Positions 28,205 through 38,579 of a stretch of DNA of 64,000 nt are shown one piece after another. How positions within the stretch are numbered: the stretch's first letter is position 1; every line of letters begins with the position of its first letter. The notes beneath the pieces are model-generated. The model saw nothing but the letters and a program-made list of their open reading frames with translations. It searched no databases and was not told where the DNA came from. The position numbers were made by a program, and so were the translations under genes. This stretch comes from Parvularculaceae bacterium (GTDB lineage: Bacteria; Pseudomonadota; Alphaproteobacteria; Caulobacterales; Parvularculaceae), in NCBI GenBank assembly GCA_021776475.1, contig JAJFFV010000004.1, positions 437 to 64,436 of the forward strand. The letters run 5' to 3'.

Positions 28205-28313
28205 GTCTACAGAAAGGTACAGAAGGGGTATCGCTCTGTACAAACAATACTGAGATCACCGGTAGAATTGATGAGGGTGATGCAGATGCTGATTAATAGA
28301 GAAAGGTAATACC

Positions 28314-29165
28314 ATGGAATCCGCTTCATCGTTGATTTTAACACTTCAGGAGGCAGTTGGAAATGCAATTGCTGCTGCGGCCGCTTATGCGCCATCGTTA
28401 ATCGCCGCAATATTGGTTTTGCTTGCCGGATGGTTCGTTGCGCGGTTTGCGCGTGTTATAACGCACCGCGTCCTTTCTGGAGCAAACCGCCTGCTGGATA
28501 GACTGCTTCAGCGCGGCACGTTGTCGGGTATTCGGATGACGCCAACCGCCACAGCTGTCTCGGGCGAGGTGTCGTTTTGGGTCATTATCTTTCTGTCGAT
28601 CACCATCGCCGCGCGGATCGCCAAATTGCCTGCGCTTTCTGGATGGCTCAATCAAATAGCTGGGCATTTGCCCAACCTTCTAGTCGGCGCTGCAATAATC
28701 GTAGCTGGTTATTTCGTAAGCGTGATTGCAGGCGAGCAGGTCACTGCAACAGCTCGGGCCGCCAAGGCCGGGCAAAGCGCGCTTATGGGCCGTTTTGCTC
28801 AAGGAGCGATCTTCGTGACAGCGTTAATCATTGGCCTCGACCAGGTCGGCGTTGATGTAACGTTTCTCGTCGCACTGTTTGCAGTTGCCGTCGGGGCTAT
28901 TTTTATCGGGTTCTCGATAGCCTTCGGTCTTGGCGCCCGCGACTTTGTGAGCAATCTAATCGGCGCACGAACAGCACATCAGAAATTGCGTCCAGGTGTG
29001 ATGGTGCGCATCGGTGGCATCGAAGGCGAGATACTCGAAATTACGCCGACGCAAATTGCCCTTGATACATCTGACGGACGAACTCTTGTGCCGGCACGGC
29101 TAACAGAAGAAAGCGGTTTGGTGATCCTTACTTCCGAACAAAGCAAAGGAGCGAGCGATGAGTAG
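28314..29165 (+). CDS. small mechanosensitive-channel-like membrane protein
   Basis: Repeated TM helices, then LRPGVMVRIGGIEGEILEITPTQIALDTSDGRTLVP (MscS beta-domain-like). Confidence 0.5.
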   Translation: MESASSLILTLQEAVGNAIAAAAAYAPSLIAAILVLLAGWFVARFARVITHRVLSGANRLLDRLLQRGTLSGIRMTPTATAVSGEVSFWVIIFLSITIAARIAKLPALSGWLNQIAGHLPNLLVGAAIIVAGYFVSVIAGEQVTATARAAKAGQSALMGRFAQGAIFVTALIIGLDQVGVDVTFLVALFAVAVGAIFIGFSIAFGLGARDFVSNLIGARTAHQKLRPGVMVRIGGIEGEILEITPTQIALDTSDGRTLVPARLTEESGLVILTSEQSKGASDE

Positions 29166-30009
29166 TGTTTCGCCACTGACACTTGCGTTTATTGAGAAGC
29201 GGCCATCATCGGTGGCGCAATCACTGACGGCAATGGAAACCGATGACGCGGCAGCGTTCCTTGAAACAATCCCTACACGGTACGCTGCGAATACGGTTTC
29301 ACACATGGGTGCATGGTCGGCCTCTGGATTGTTGACAAGGATGAATGCATCTGCCAGCGCTGCCGTCCTGCGGGAGCTGGAGTATCACACCGCTGCAGCG
29401 ATTCTCCGAATGATGGCGGAGAGTGATCGCCTCTTGCTTTTGGATTTATTGCCAAAAAAGTTGCACCGGGATCTGGAAACGTCCCTGTCGTTTCCTGAGG
29501 ACACTGTCGGGGCGAAAATGACTACGAGCATCATGGTTTTGAACCATGATCAAACAGTTGCTGACGCATTGGCTGAACTGAAGCGATCACACCGGGCAAA
29601 AGCAGAAGTCGTATTTGTTATCGACGCCGCCAGGAGGCTGAAAGGCGCGGTAACTGCAGCATCTTTGCTGCATCAGTCTTTGGCGTCACCGTTGACCGAA
29701 ATGATGGACACAACAGTTGTTCCGCTTTCGGCGCGCGCTCGGCTTGGCGCAATTGCCTCGCTAGACGCCTGGGATGAATACGCTCAACTGCCCGTGCTGA
29801 GCCGAAAAAAACTCGTGATCGGTGCGTTGTCACGCAAGGCAGCCAAGCAGCATGGCCGTACCGGCGCACAAGTGCCCGGAGCGCCCACATCCTCAATTGC
29901 CGTTGCGATTGCAAACGCCTTCTTCACGAGCGCTATCGGGTTGGGGCAATTGCTGGCTGACGTTGACCAACCGCTACAGCCACCGAAACAACAAGGAGGT
30001 CGGTCATGA
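29158..30009 (+). CDS. MgtE N-domain + CBS-pair protein lacking the MgtE channel domain
   Basis: MgtE_N-like helical repeat (AAAFLETIP...AAAILRMM) and a CBS pair (MTTSIMVLNHDQTVADAL...VFVIDAARRLKGAVT). ATGA overlap with mgtE. Confidence 0.65.
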   Translation: MSSVSPLTLAFIEKRPSSVAQSLTAMETDDAAAFLETIPTRYAANTVSHMGAWSASGLLTRMNASASAAVLRELEYHTAAAILRMMAESDRLLLLDLLPKKLHRDLETSLSFPEDTVGAKMTTSIMVLNHDQTVADALAELKRSHRAKAEVVFVIDAARRLKGAVTAASLLHQSLASPLTEMMDTTVVPLSARARLGAIASLDAWDEYAQLPVLSRKKLVIGALSRKAAKQHGRTGAQVPGAPTSSIAVAIANAFFTSAIGLGQLLADVDQPLQPPKQQGGRS

Positions 30010-31313
30010 GTGCTGATCCTATTCGCGCTGCAGACGCCCTAAACCAGCGTTTCTTTATTGACCACCCACTGGATGCAGCGCGCAAGATTGAAGAGTTGAG
30101 CGCGTCAGACGTTGTCGAAGCCACCAAACGACAATCCGTCAAAATTCTGACACCCGTCTGGCGGCAGCTTTTGCCGGAAACTGCGGCGAACCTGTTACGC
30201 GCCTTGCCCGAGGCAATGGCAGATCAGTTGCTTTGCGAAGTGCCCGCTGCACAGGCTGTACGCCTTCTTGGGCATATGCCGGATGAAGAAGTTGCCTCGC
30301 GCCTTTCACGGCTAGATCCCGCAATCAAAAAAGATCTTGAAATGCTTCTCTCCTATCCGCGCGATACAGCTGGCCGTTTGATGAGCACGAATGTCTCTAC
30401 GTTCCGAAAGGACGCGACAGCTGGTGAGACATTGAACAGGCTGCGCGAAAGCGGCATGACGACGGCCAAGAGTCTTTTTCTTGTGGATGACGCACAGAAA
30501 TTAACTGGCAGGGCTGCCTTGACTGATGTTGCCCTGGCGCCGTTGCACAAAACTCTCGGCGAACTTGAGCAACCGCTCGTTACGGTTGTCCGGCCGATTG
30601 ATTCGCTCACTGAGGTAACCAAAGCGTTTGAAAGTGGAAAAATTCTCGATCTCCCGGTTGTTGACGTTGATGGCGTTTTCCTCGGTGCCGTCACCCATGA
30701 TGATATTGCCCGGACAATCAAAAAAGACGCGACAACGAACCTGCAGACAATGGTTGGTGCCAGCAAAGAGGAGCGTGCCCTTTCCAGTCCGATTTTCACA
30801 GTTCGTAAGCGCATGCCATGGTTACAAGTCAATCTTGTAACTGCGTTTATGGCGGCAGCGGTTGTCGGGATTTTTGAGGGCACCATCGCTCAAGTGACGG
30901 CGTTAGCGGTTTTGTTGCCGGTCGTCGCTGGTCAGTCGGGCAACACGGGTGCCCAAGCGCTCGCGGTAACGATGAGAGGTCTTGCTCTAAGGGAGATTAC
31001 TGTGCGGCAATGGGCACGTGTACTTCGTAAAGAGGTGATCGCAGGCTTTTTAAACGGAATTGCCATTGCCACTACTTGCGGCATTGGTGTTTATATTTGG
31101 AGCCAATCGCTCGGACTTGTGGCCGTGATCATGTCGTCAATGGTGCTTGCGATGGTTGCAGCTGGTTTCGCCGGGGCGATTATCCCCGTGGTCCTGACGC
31201 GATTGGGGCAGGATCCCGCAACCTCGTCATCGATCATTCTCACAACGGTAACTGATATTGCCGGTTTCTTCGCCTTCCTGGGCATCGCCACTTTGATGAT
31301 GCAGTTTTTGTAA
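30006..31313 (+). CDS. mgtE: magnesium transporter MgtE (full length)
   Basis: N-domain, CBS pair, and a 5-TM channel domain with VVAGQSGNTGAQALAVTMRGLAL. Confidence 0.9.
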   Translation: MSADPIRAADALNQRFFIDHPLDAARKIEELSASDVVEATKRQSVKILTPVWRQLLPETAANLLRALPEAMADQLLCEVPAAQAVRLLGHMPDEEVASRLSRLDPAIKKDLEMLLSYPRDTAGRLMSTNVSTFRKDATAGETLNRLRESGMTTAKSLFLVDDAQKLTGRAALTDVALAPLHKTLGELEQPLVTVVRPIDSLTEVTKAFESGKILDLPVVDVDGVFLGAVTHDDIARTIKKDATTNLQTMVGASKEERALSSPIFTVRKRMPWLQVNLVTAFMAAAVVGIFEGTIAQVTALAVLLPVVAGQSGNTGAQALAVTMRGLALREITVRQWARVLRKEVIAGFLNGIAIATTCGIGVYIWSQSLGLVAVIMSSMVLAMVAAGFAGAIIPVVLTRLGQDPATSSSIILTTVTDIAGFFAFLGIATLMMQFL

Positions 31314-31329
31314 AGTCTGGAGCCTTCTA

Positions 31330-32415
31330 TTGACCACTGATTTATTGAACCCCGCCGCTGTAGACGCAATCAAGTGGGTTGGAATCCTATTCTGTGTCAG
31401 CCAGTCAGCAATGTTTTCCGGTCTTAACCTGGCATATTTCAGCGTCAGTCGCTTACGGCTCGAGGTTGAAGTTGGCACAGGCAACAAATCGGCTGCCCGT
31501 ATTCTCAAGATGCGAGAAGATTCCAACTTTCTGTTGACGACAATCCTGTGGGGCAATGTCTGCATTAATGTCCTACTCACGCTGCTGTCAAATTCGGTAA
31601 TGGCAGGTGTCTTTGCATTTGGCTTTTCCACCGTTATAATTACACTATTCGGAGAGATCCTTCCGCAGGCGTATTTTTCACGCAACGCGATGAAGATTGG
31701 CGCCCGGCTTGCGCCGGTGTTGCGCGCCTATCAATATTTGCTTTATCCGGTGGCAAAACCAGTGGCACTCATGCTCGACTTGTGGCTCGGGAAAGAGGGC
31801 ATTCAATATCTTCGGGAGCGGGACATGCGCGAGATGATCCGGAAACATATGGCAGCCGCTGAGGCAGACCTCAGCCAGATTGAAGGACTGGGTGCGCTCA
31901 ACTTCCTTTCGATCGATGATGTTCCCACATCTCAAGAAGGTGAACCGCTTGACCCGCGCAGCATTATCGCCCTGCCGTTTGAGGGTAACCAGCCGACGTT
32001 TCCAACCAAATTCGGTTCTGAACGGCGTGCCTTTCTGCGTGCGTTGCAGGCGTCGGGCAAAAAATGGGCAGTAATAACAGACCTTGAAGACACTCCTCGC
32101 CTCGTCGTCGACGTTGATGGATATTTGCGCGCTGCGATATCTGAGCCCAAGACCTTTGAGCCAGAACAGCATTGCCATATGCCCATCATCATTCGTGAAC
32201 ACAACACACGCCTCGGGCATGTCTTGCAGCGCCTTGAAGTTCAACCTTCATACACGGGCGATAATGTTATCGACCGTGATGTTGTTTTGATATGGACCGA
32301 TGAGCGGCGCGTTATTACCGGGGCCGACATCCTGGGCCGCCTCTTGACCGGTATTTCAAAAATTCAAAGAAAAACAGAGAGTATCGGCGATGCAAATTCC
32401 AGAAAGTATAATTAG
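31330..32415 (+). CDS. CNNM/DUF21-domain transporter (CorB/HlyC-like)
   Basis: FSGLNLAYFS ... TTILWGNVCINVLL ... LFGEILPQAYF. TTG start. Confidence 0.7.
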   Translation: MTTDLLNPAAVDAIKWVGILFCVSQSAMFSGLNLAYFSVSRLRLEVEVGTGNKSAARILKMREDSNFLLTTILWGNVCINVLLTLLSNSVMAGVFAFGFSTVIITLFGEILPQAYFSRNAMKIGARLAPVLRAYQYLLYPVAKPVALMLDLWLGKEGIQYLRERDMREMIRKHMAAAEADLSQIEGLGALNFLSIDDVPTSQEGEPLDPRSIIALPFEGNQPTFPTKFGSERRAFLRALQASGKKWAVITDLEDTPRLVVDVDGYLRAAISEPKTFEPEQHCHMPIIIREHNTRLGHVLQRLEVQPSYTGDNVIDRDVVLIWTDERRVITGADILGRLLTGISKIQRKTESIGDANSRKYN

Positions 32416-33235
32416 TTTCATTACGGCAGACGCCTTGTCGACGCTGCTCCTGATTGCGTTCTTGCTTGCTGCTCGCGTGATCTTCATTCGCATGCTGGAA
32501 CGAGGCGCAGACACGCTCTCGGAAACACGCCGCCGCTGGATTTCGATCATTCAGAATTCATCTGTAATACTTGTCGGCTTGGGTCTTGTTTTTATCTGGT
32601 CCCCAGAACTTTCTACGTTCGCCTTGTCACTTACGGCCTTTGCCGTCGCGCTGGTCATCGCGACCAAAGAATTCCTTTTGTGCATGGTTGGTGCAGTGTA
32701 CCGGACCGTTGCGCGCCCGTTCGAAGTCGGCGACTGGATAGAACTCGGCGACATGCGCGGCGAAGTCGTTGCTGAAGGCATTCTAACAACGCGTCTCCAG
32801 GAGCTAGGCGATGACGATCGTCGTTATCTGTACACGGGCCGTGTTCTCACCATTCCGAACAGCTTGCTTTTGGCGAACACTGTCACGAATGAGAGTTTTC
32901 GTAAGCGGTTTGTTCATCATTCATTCGCGATCACCTTTGAGGCTAATTCCAACGTCGCGGGTATCAAGCAGGAGATTATTGACGTAATCGCGGTCAAATC
33001 GGCGGCTTATGATAGTATTGCTGCGAGATATTGGGAAATGGTGCGCCGTAAGGTCCGCACTGACTTGCCAAGTCGCGATCCTTCTGTCTCGGTCGGAACC
33101 AACCATCTGGCGAACATCATATTTCACGTAACGTTTTTTTGTCCGACCAACGAGGCGCTTGCCGTCGAGGAGGCCGTTATAGATGCAGCTCTGTCACTCA
33201 GTTATAAGGCGCTGCCGGCGCTCGTACAGGGGTGA
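32390..33235 (+). CDS. MscS-family mechanosensitive channel
   Basis: 3 TM helices plus RPFEVGDWIELGDMRGEVVAEGILTTRLQ and TIPNSLLLANTVTNES. Confidence 0.75.
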   Translation: MQIPESIISFITADALSTLLLIAFLLAARVIFIRMLERGADTLSETRRRWISIIQNSSVILVGLGLVFIWSPELSTFALSLTAFAVALVIATKEFLLCMVGAVYRTVARPFEVGDWIELGDMRGEVVAEGILTTRLQELGDDDRRYLYTGRVLTIPNSLLLANTVTNESFRKRFVHHSFAITFEANSNVAGIKQEIIDVIAVKSAAYDSIAARYWEMVRRKVRTDLPSRDPSVSVGTNHLANIIFHVTFFCPTNEALAVEEAVIDAALSLSYKALPALVQG

Positions 33236-33317
33236 AAAATATCACGAAGAAACACAGGCCGGACCGTTTGTTTTTCAAATTCCCAAAACCCACGTTCTGC
33301 TTGCATGCTGTCGGCGC

Positions 33318-34610
33318 CTAACCTGCCGTTTGTAGGCGCACGCCAGGTGCTTCCCCGAAATCGTAGGCTTCAAGAACGATTGTCGCTTTGGTACCTTGCG
33401 AATTCCTATCTTCGATTTTAATGAAACCACCGTGAGCTTCCACAAGTTTTTTTGCTATCGGAAGACCGAGGCCGAGACCGTCATATTGTCCAGAATAGTC
33501 AAAGTCGCCTCGCTCAAATGGCTCACAAAGAGTGCTGAGCTTTTTACCGCACAACCCTGCCCCACAATCTTTAATCACAATGCCCAGTTGCTGATCATTC
33601 AGTCTGTCAAATCCTATGATGATTTTTGAATCTGGATTAGAGAATTTGATTGCGTTCGACAGAATATTCAAAAAGGCCTGCGTAATCGCGGTCTCGTCAA
33701 TTTTCAGTATTGGGTTTATTTCACCCGGTACGAAAATGACTTCTATGTTTTTGTCACGCAGAGCGTGTTGCGTGATGGAAATAACGGTCTCGACAAGTGC
33801 TATGGCGTTAACTTCGGCCACTTTCAATGGCGGGTGATTTTGTTCAAGTTCAGACATGACGATCATGGAGTTCAGCATAGAGAGCAAATGTTCGCCACTC
33901 TTGTGAATTAATTGTACATATTCAGCGTGATCACCCTCAAGTTGATCCTTCATGACCTCCGAAAACCCAATAACTGAGTTAAGCGGTGTGCGTAACTCAT
34001 GGCACATATTTGCCAGAAATGCCTGCTTGGCTCGCGCGCCGGATTCTGCTTTGAGCAAAGCATCTCGCATTGATGCCTCGGCTGCTTTGCGTGCCGAGAT
34101 TGCATCTTTCAGTAATTTTGCTTTGGCAATGTCATTTTCGGGCTGTTCGGATGTGCTCGACCCGCCCACTTCCAACAACACTTCAAGCGCTCTTAGTGCC
34201 TGCAAACGTTCAATTTGGCTTTTCACTCGTGCCAGCACAACTTTGAAATCGAAAGGTTTAACGATATAGTCGTTCGCCCCCAACTCGAACGCCTGAAATA
34301 GTGCTTCTGTTTCGTTGCGCGCCGTCAGCATTATCACTGGTAAGTGGGAGGCAGAATAATCCTCGCGGATTCGTTCAAGCACTTCGATACCAGACATCTT
34401 TGGCATCATCCAATCAAGCAAGAGCAAGTCCGGACGATGTTCTGCGATTCGTTTCAGGGCAGATGCGCCATCCGTTGCGAAATGGATCTCATAGCCTTTT
34501 TTGGTCAATCTTCGCTTTAGGATGTTGATGTTGTCTTGAACGTCGTCAACGATCAGAATATGGCCTTGAGAGAGAATTTTCTCTTCTTCCGATGGAGAGG
34601 CCATAGCCAT
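33318..34610 (-). CDS. hybrid REC-HisKA-HATPase protein (receiver N-terminal, no sensor/TM domain)
   Basis: ATG at 34610 follows GGAGAGGAAACAGA. ILIVDDVQDNINIL...LLLLDWMMPKMSG (REC), MCHELRTPLNSVIGFSE (H-box), and GLGLGLPIAKKLVEAHGG (G2). Confidence 0.8.
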   Translation of the reverse strand: MAMASPSEEEKILSQGHILIVDDVQDNINILKRRLTKKGYEIHFATDGASALKRIAEHRPDLLLLDWMMPKMSGIEVLERIREDYSASHLPVIMLTARNETEALFQAFELGANDYIVKPFDFKVVLARVKSQIERLQALRALEVLLEVGGSSTSEQPENDIAKAKLLKDAISARKAAEASMRDALLKAESGARAKQAFLANMCHELRTPLNSVIGFSEVMKDQLEGDHAEYVQLIHKSGEHLLSMLNSMIVMSELEQNHPPLKVAEVNAIALVETVISITQHALRDKNIEVIFVPGEINPILKIDETAITQAFLNILSNAIKFSNPDSKIIIGFDRLNDQQLGIVIKDCGAGLCGKKLSTLCEPFERGDFDYSGQYDGLGLGLPIAKKLVEAHGGFIKIEDRNSQGTKATIVLEAYDFGEAPGVRLQTAG

Positions 34611-34929
34611 TCTGTTTCCTCTCCAAATTGGCATCGTAAATGGACCTGATAGCCTGCCAGCATTCACCGACTGGGAATTATGTCCTGCCAGATCATACTG
34701 CATATTTTTTATTGAAATTTTGTTAAACGCTGGACCTCAATGGCATAGCGCCTAGTGGAAACGACAAACGCAGTGTCGTAACAATGTGGTTCGCGAGTTG
34801 CCGAGGAGATTAGCGCCATCCTCAGCCATGGGTCCATGGATTGGCGCGTGCAGGAACCCGAGAATTGATCACAGGTTATACAGAAACCCAACAGGCAAGT
34901 GGTGTGGCGACTAAATCGGATCCATCGCC

Positions 34930-37296
34930 TTAACCAGGGGAATCCTTAACTCTGCCCGTCACCGTTTTTTTTACGTGCAGATCTCTTTGCGGGAATGGGA
35001 TTTCAATGCCGGCTTGTTTGAAAGCATTGAAAGTTGCAATGCGTAGTTCATTTTGAACGATGATCCGATCATTGATGTCTTTGATAAACACTCGCATTTC
35101 AAAATCGAGAGAACTGTCACCAAACCCCTTGAAATAAATGGATGGTGCGGGGACTCTCACCACACGCTTATTGTCGGCCATGACTTGGTTCAGAGTTTGC
35201 AGCACCTGATCCGGGTCTTCATTGTATGAAACGCCTATAGGCAGGACGACACGATTAAATTTATCCTTATGGGTCCAATTAGTGACTGCTGACGAAATGA
35301 GTTCGGAATTGGGTACGATGATTGAAGACCGGTCCCAGGTCTCGATTTCGGTGGATCGAACACTGATGCGCTTGACAATACCCTCCCCGGACGAAACCAC
35401 GATCCAATCGCCAACTTTGATCGGCCGCTCAAACAGCAAGATCAGACCGGAGACGAAATTATTGACGATACTTTGCAGCCCAAAACCAATGCCGACCGAC
35501 AATGCGCCTGCGACAATTGCAAGACTAGCAAGATTGATACCCAGGACCGCAATGGCTGTTGTGATGCCGACAACTAGCCCAATATAGCCAAGTAATGTTC
35601 GGAACGAATTGCGCACCCCTTCATCAAGCCTAGCTTTGTCAAAGAAGCGCCTGTCCACTCCCTTCTGTATGTACCGGGTCGCGATCAAAATAATGGCGAA
35701 GGAGACAACGGCACTCAGAATTTGAGCCAGTGAGATTGTCACCGTCCCGATTTTGAATCCAAAGAATGCATCGATCAACCAGTCGCGCACTTCGACCCAG
35801 TCAAACCCAAGCACGATAAGCAAGATCGGCGTGAGCAAGGCGAAGAGGACAATGTCAGTGACTGTTCCAATCCAGAAATAAATCAGCTTGTCAGCGTCCG
35901 GTACAGCGTCAGCCATCGGTAGTTTCTTGGAACTTGCCCGCGATTCTGAAACATTTATCGCCTCGTGAATGACAACGCGCACAAACCATGCGACCGCAAT
36001 GAGGGCTGCTATTAAATATATCCTCGTGACAACAAATCGGGCGAGAGAACCATAGCCGACAAGCACCGCCGCGATCGCGAGGATGGCACTGACCATGATG
36101 ATATGGCGCAACTGTTTTCCTCTTTGGAGGGAACTCTCCGTGAACTGCACTTGCCGGGTCTGATCGATTTTCCAGATCCCGTCTCTGGTGAGAGCTAGGA
36201 GCAGTGCGGCCCCTATGATAGAAACGATACTGCCTTGCAGGCGGGCTAACTCTTCCGTACTGCCAAGATATTGAGCGCAAGTATTGAGCAAGGCATCGAC
36301 TGCAAATAGCATGGCAGCACTCAACAACAAGAGGCGCACGATCATTGAGCCGGACGATTGAAGCGGGACAAGGCGCCAATCGTGATATTTTGGCGCGAAG
36401 ACAGCTGTCGCTAGACCGTCGATAAAAAGGAGGCCTAGCACACCAAACCACACAGTTAGGGCAATTTGCTCAAGCCCGACGGTGATCAATCCCTGAGCCC
36501 GCATGGTTTCGTACACGACCCAGCCACCTATCACACCGGGAACAACACGACCAAGCACGCGCAAACCAGCTGCTGCGATACGCGATGATTTTGTTGGTTC
36601 ATACTTTTGCAGGCGATTCAGGAAGCTTGTATCGATCAAGTTTCTGACGGGTCCAAACATCAATAGGGCGAAGAGGAAAGCAGCAACAGAAAAACCGAAA
36701 GCCCAATTTCTGTTTTCGGCCAAAACCTGTTGTTGCCACCATTGCGGCCATTGCTCTGCGAACTTGGTCTGCCCGTCGGCAAAACTGCGCGCGGCAGGTA
36801 ACCAAACTGACGGTGTCAGCGGGGACGCCCCGCGTTTCAGAATATTGTCGTAGAATGCTTTTCGTCTAATATCAGAAACGTCCTGCAGTAATCGCGATGC
36901 CCTTAGGACATTTAGATCGGCCTGCCTGATCCCGTCATCAACGGATTGCATTTGGCCGGTCAGCGCCGCGCGGGCGCTCGCAATTTCAAACGCTTCATTT
37001 TGCCCTTGTTCAGGGGCAGCGCCGAGCTGGTCAAGGTCAGCCTGCAGATCGCTGCGCAATCCGCGCAGCGGTTTTAACACGGCGTTGGCTTCATCCCGTA
37101 TCAGGCGCAGTTGCTCCCTGATTGCCAGATAGTCGGCTTTGGGATCATTGGTGATCCGGTTGCCGAGTTCCTCAATCGTGGCTTGGCGGTTTTTTACACC
37201 ATCGAGGATGCTTGCATCCAAGGACGCTGCATAAGCCATATTGCACAAGCCTGCGGCCAATATCAGCGAACAATGGAGAAGGAGTTTTAGAGCCAT
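34930..37296 (-). CDS. large MscK/KefA-like mechanosensitive channel
   Basis: Signal peptide, periplasmic coiled-coil region, about 11 TM helices, and an MscS core (ERPIKVGDWIVVSSGEGIVKRISVRSTEIETWDRSSIIVPNSELIS). Start taken at the MALKLLL ATG (37296). Confidence 0.8.
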   Translation of the reverse strand: MALKLLLHCSLILAAGLCNMAYAASLDASILDGVKNRQATIEELGNRITNDPKADYLAIREQLRLIRDEANAVLKPLRGLRSDLQADLDQLGAAPEQGQNEAFEIASARAALTGQMQSVDDGIRQADLNVLRASRLLQDVSDIRRKAFYDNILKRGASPLTPSVWLPAARSFADGQTKFAEQWPQWWQQQVLAENRNWAFGFSVAAFLFALLMFGPVRNLIDTSFLNRLQKYEPTKSSRIAAAGLRVLGRVVPGVIGGWVVYETMRAQGLITVGLEQIALTVWFGVLGLLFIDGLATAVFAPKYHDWRLVPLQSSGSMIVRLLLLSAAMLFAVDALLNTCAQYLGSTEELARLQGSIVSIIGAALLLALTRDGIWKIDQTRQVQFTESSLQRGKQLRHIIMVSAILAIAAVLVGYGSLARFVVTRIYLIAALIAVAWFVRVVIHEAINVSESRASSKKLPMADAVPDADKLIYFWIGTVTDIVLFALLTPILLIVLGFDWVEVRDWLIDAFFGFKIGTVTISLAQILSAVVSFAIILIATRYIQKGVDRRFFDKARLDEGVRNSFRTLLGYIGLVVGITTAIAVLGINLASLAIVAGALSVGIGFGLQSIVNNFVSGLILLFERPIKVGDWIVVSSGEGIVKRISVRSTEIETWDRSSIIVPNSELISSAVTNWTHKDKFNRVVLPIGVSYNEDPDQVLQTLNQVMADNKRVVRVPAPSIYFKGFGDSSLDFEMRVFIKDINDRIIVQNELRIATFNAFKQAGIEIPFPQRDLHVKKTVTGRVKDSPG

Positions 37297-38243
37297 TTCA
37301 GTCTCTTGAAGATGAGGGTGATCGCGATGCCGACACTGAGCATGATAAGGCACAAAATAGCAAATCCATTCGAACTGTCAGCACCCGGAATACCGCCGAC
37401 ATTGACCCCGAGCAAGCCGGTAAGAAACCCAAGCGGCAAAAAAATGGCCGCAACAATTGAAAGCACAAACATGTTGTGGTTCATTTGCTCTGCTCTCCGA
37501 TCAGCCAATTGATCATGAAGAACGCCGCAACGCTCACGTACTGCGTCCAATTCCTCCACCAATCGCGTGACCCGGTCCGCCGCTTCTCGCAAGCCGGTGC
37601 GAGATCGATCATTGATCAAGTCCGAGGGCTCGGTGCTCAGCCGGTTGAGGGCGTCGCGCTGAGGGGCGATATAGCGGCGCAATAAGATCGCTTCACGTCG
37701 CAAAGTGGCGTTATCCATCCGCGAGATGAGCGCTTTTTCATCCAATGCCTTGTCTTCAAGTTCATCCGCTTTATCGCTCAAGTCAGTGATTACGGGCTCC
37801 ATTCTCTCGGTCAATTTAAACGCGATTGCGATCACAAAGTCTCCGGGAGATTTTGGCCCGCTGCCCTCTTCAAGTTCAGAGACAAGATCGGCAATCGCCA
37901 TCAGTTTGCGCCGACGCACACTGATGATACGTGATTTTTCTATCCAAATCCTGATTGAAACCATGTCCTCAGGGTCAGCGCCGGGATTGAGATTGACCCC
38001 GCGCAGGATGACAATCGTCCCCGATTTGTGGTGGGTCGCGCGTGGGCGCGTCTCTAGCTGGCATAGGGCTTCAGCAACAATTGGATCAAGCTCCTGGTTG
38101 AGCCAGGCATCCGTGGTCTCGGATTTGTCGAGATGGAGCCAGCGGAACGAACCCTCTGGCACTGGAGTGCCGATCGTCTCGGCGATAACGGGTGTTGCTC
38201 TACCATCGGCGGCAATATCATATCCGTGTAACAAATCCGGCAT
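37287..38243 (-). CDS. CorA-superfamily divalent-cation transporter, ZntB-like (GVN motif)
   Basis: C-terminal two TM helices with FLTGLLGVNVGGIPG. Cytoplasmic alpha/beta N-domain. Confidence 0.75.
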   Translation of the reverse strand: MPDLLHGYDIAADGRATPVIAETIGTPVPEGSFRWLHLDKSETTDAWLNQELDPIVAEALCQLETRPRATHHKSGTIVILRGVNLNPGADPEDMVSIRIWIEKSRIISVRRRKLMAIADLVSELEEGSGPKSPGDFVIAIAFKLTERMEPVITDLSDKADELEDKALDEKALISRMDNATLRREAILLRRYIAPQRDALNRLSTEPSDLINDRSRTGLREAADRVTRLVEELDAVRERCGVLHDQLADRRAEQMNHNMFVLSIVAAIFLPLGFLTGLLGVNVGGIPGADSSNGFAILCLIMLSVGIAITLIFKRLKWL

Positions 38244-38579
38244 CTGTTCCCTTTGTATTTTCCACTCTCAGTTGATGAGAATCACTGGCAAGCTTAACAG
38301 GCTTCACGCGTATGTTGCTTCGATTTTTTTCCTGGAACAGCAATACTGCTGGTAGGGGCAACAGCCTCACAACCTGGAAAACATGCATCTGTGTCCTTAG
38401 CCGTTTAAAAAGCCTAAGCGGAGACCTGCGGCACTTCCTCAATCTCACCATTTGTCGTTAACACATCGGGTTCAATATGGTTCATGGTGATAGTCTGATA
38501 GACTGATACCGGCGGGAACAGAAGTTGATTTTTCGTTGTTGTCCGAACAGCTGCTGCAATAAGAGGACCTGTACGTTCA

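Noticed and set aside
27181-30886. Antisense ORFs 27181..27615, 27661..28029 and 30353..30886 opposite the CaCA and mgtE genes
   Set aside because: They are mirror ORFs of GC-rich membrane-protein genes, with no motifs.
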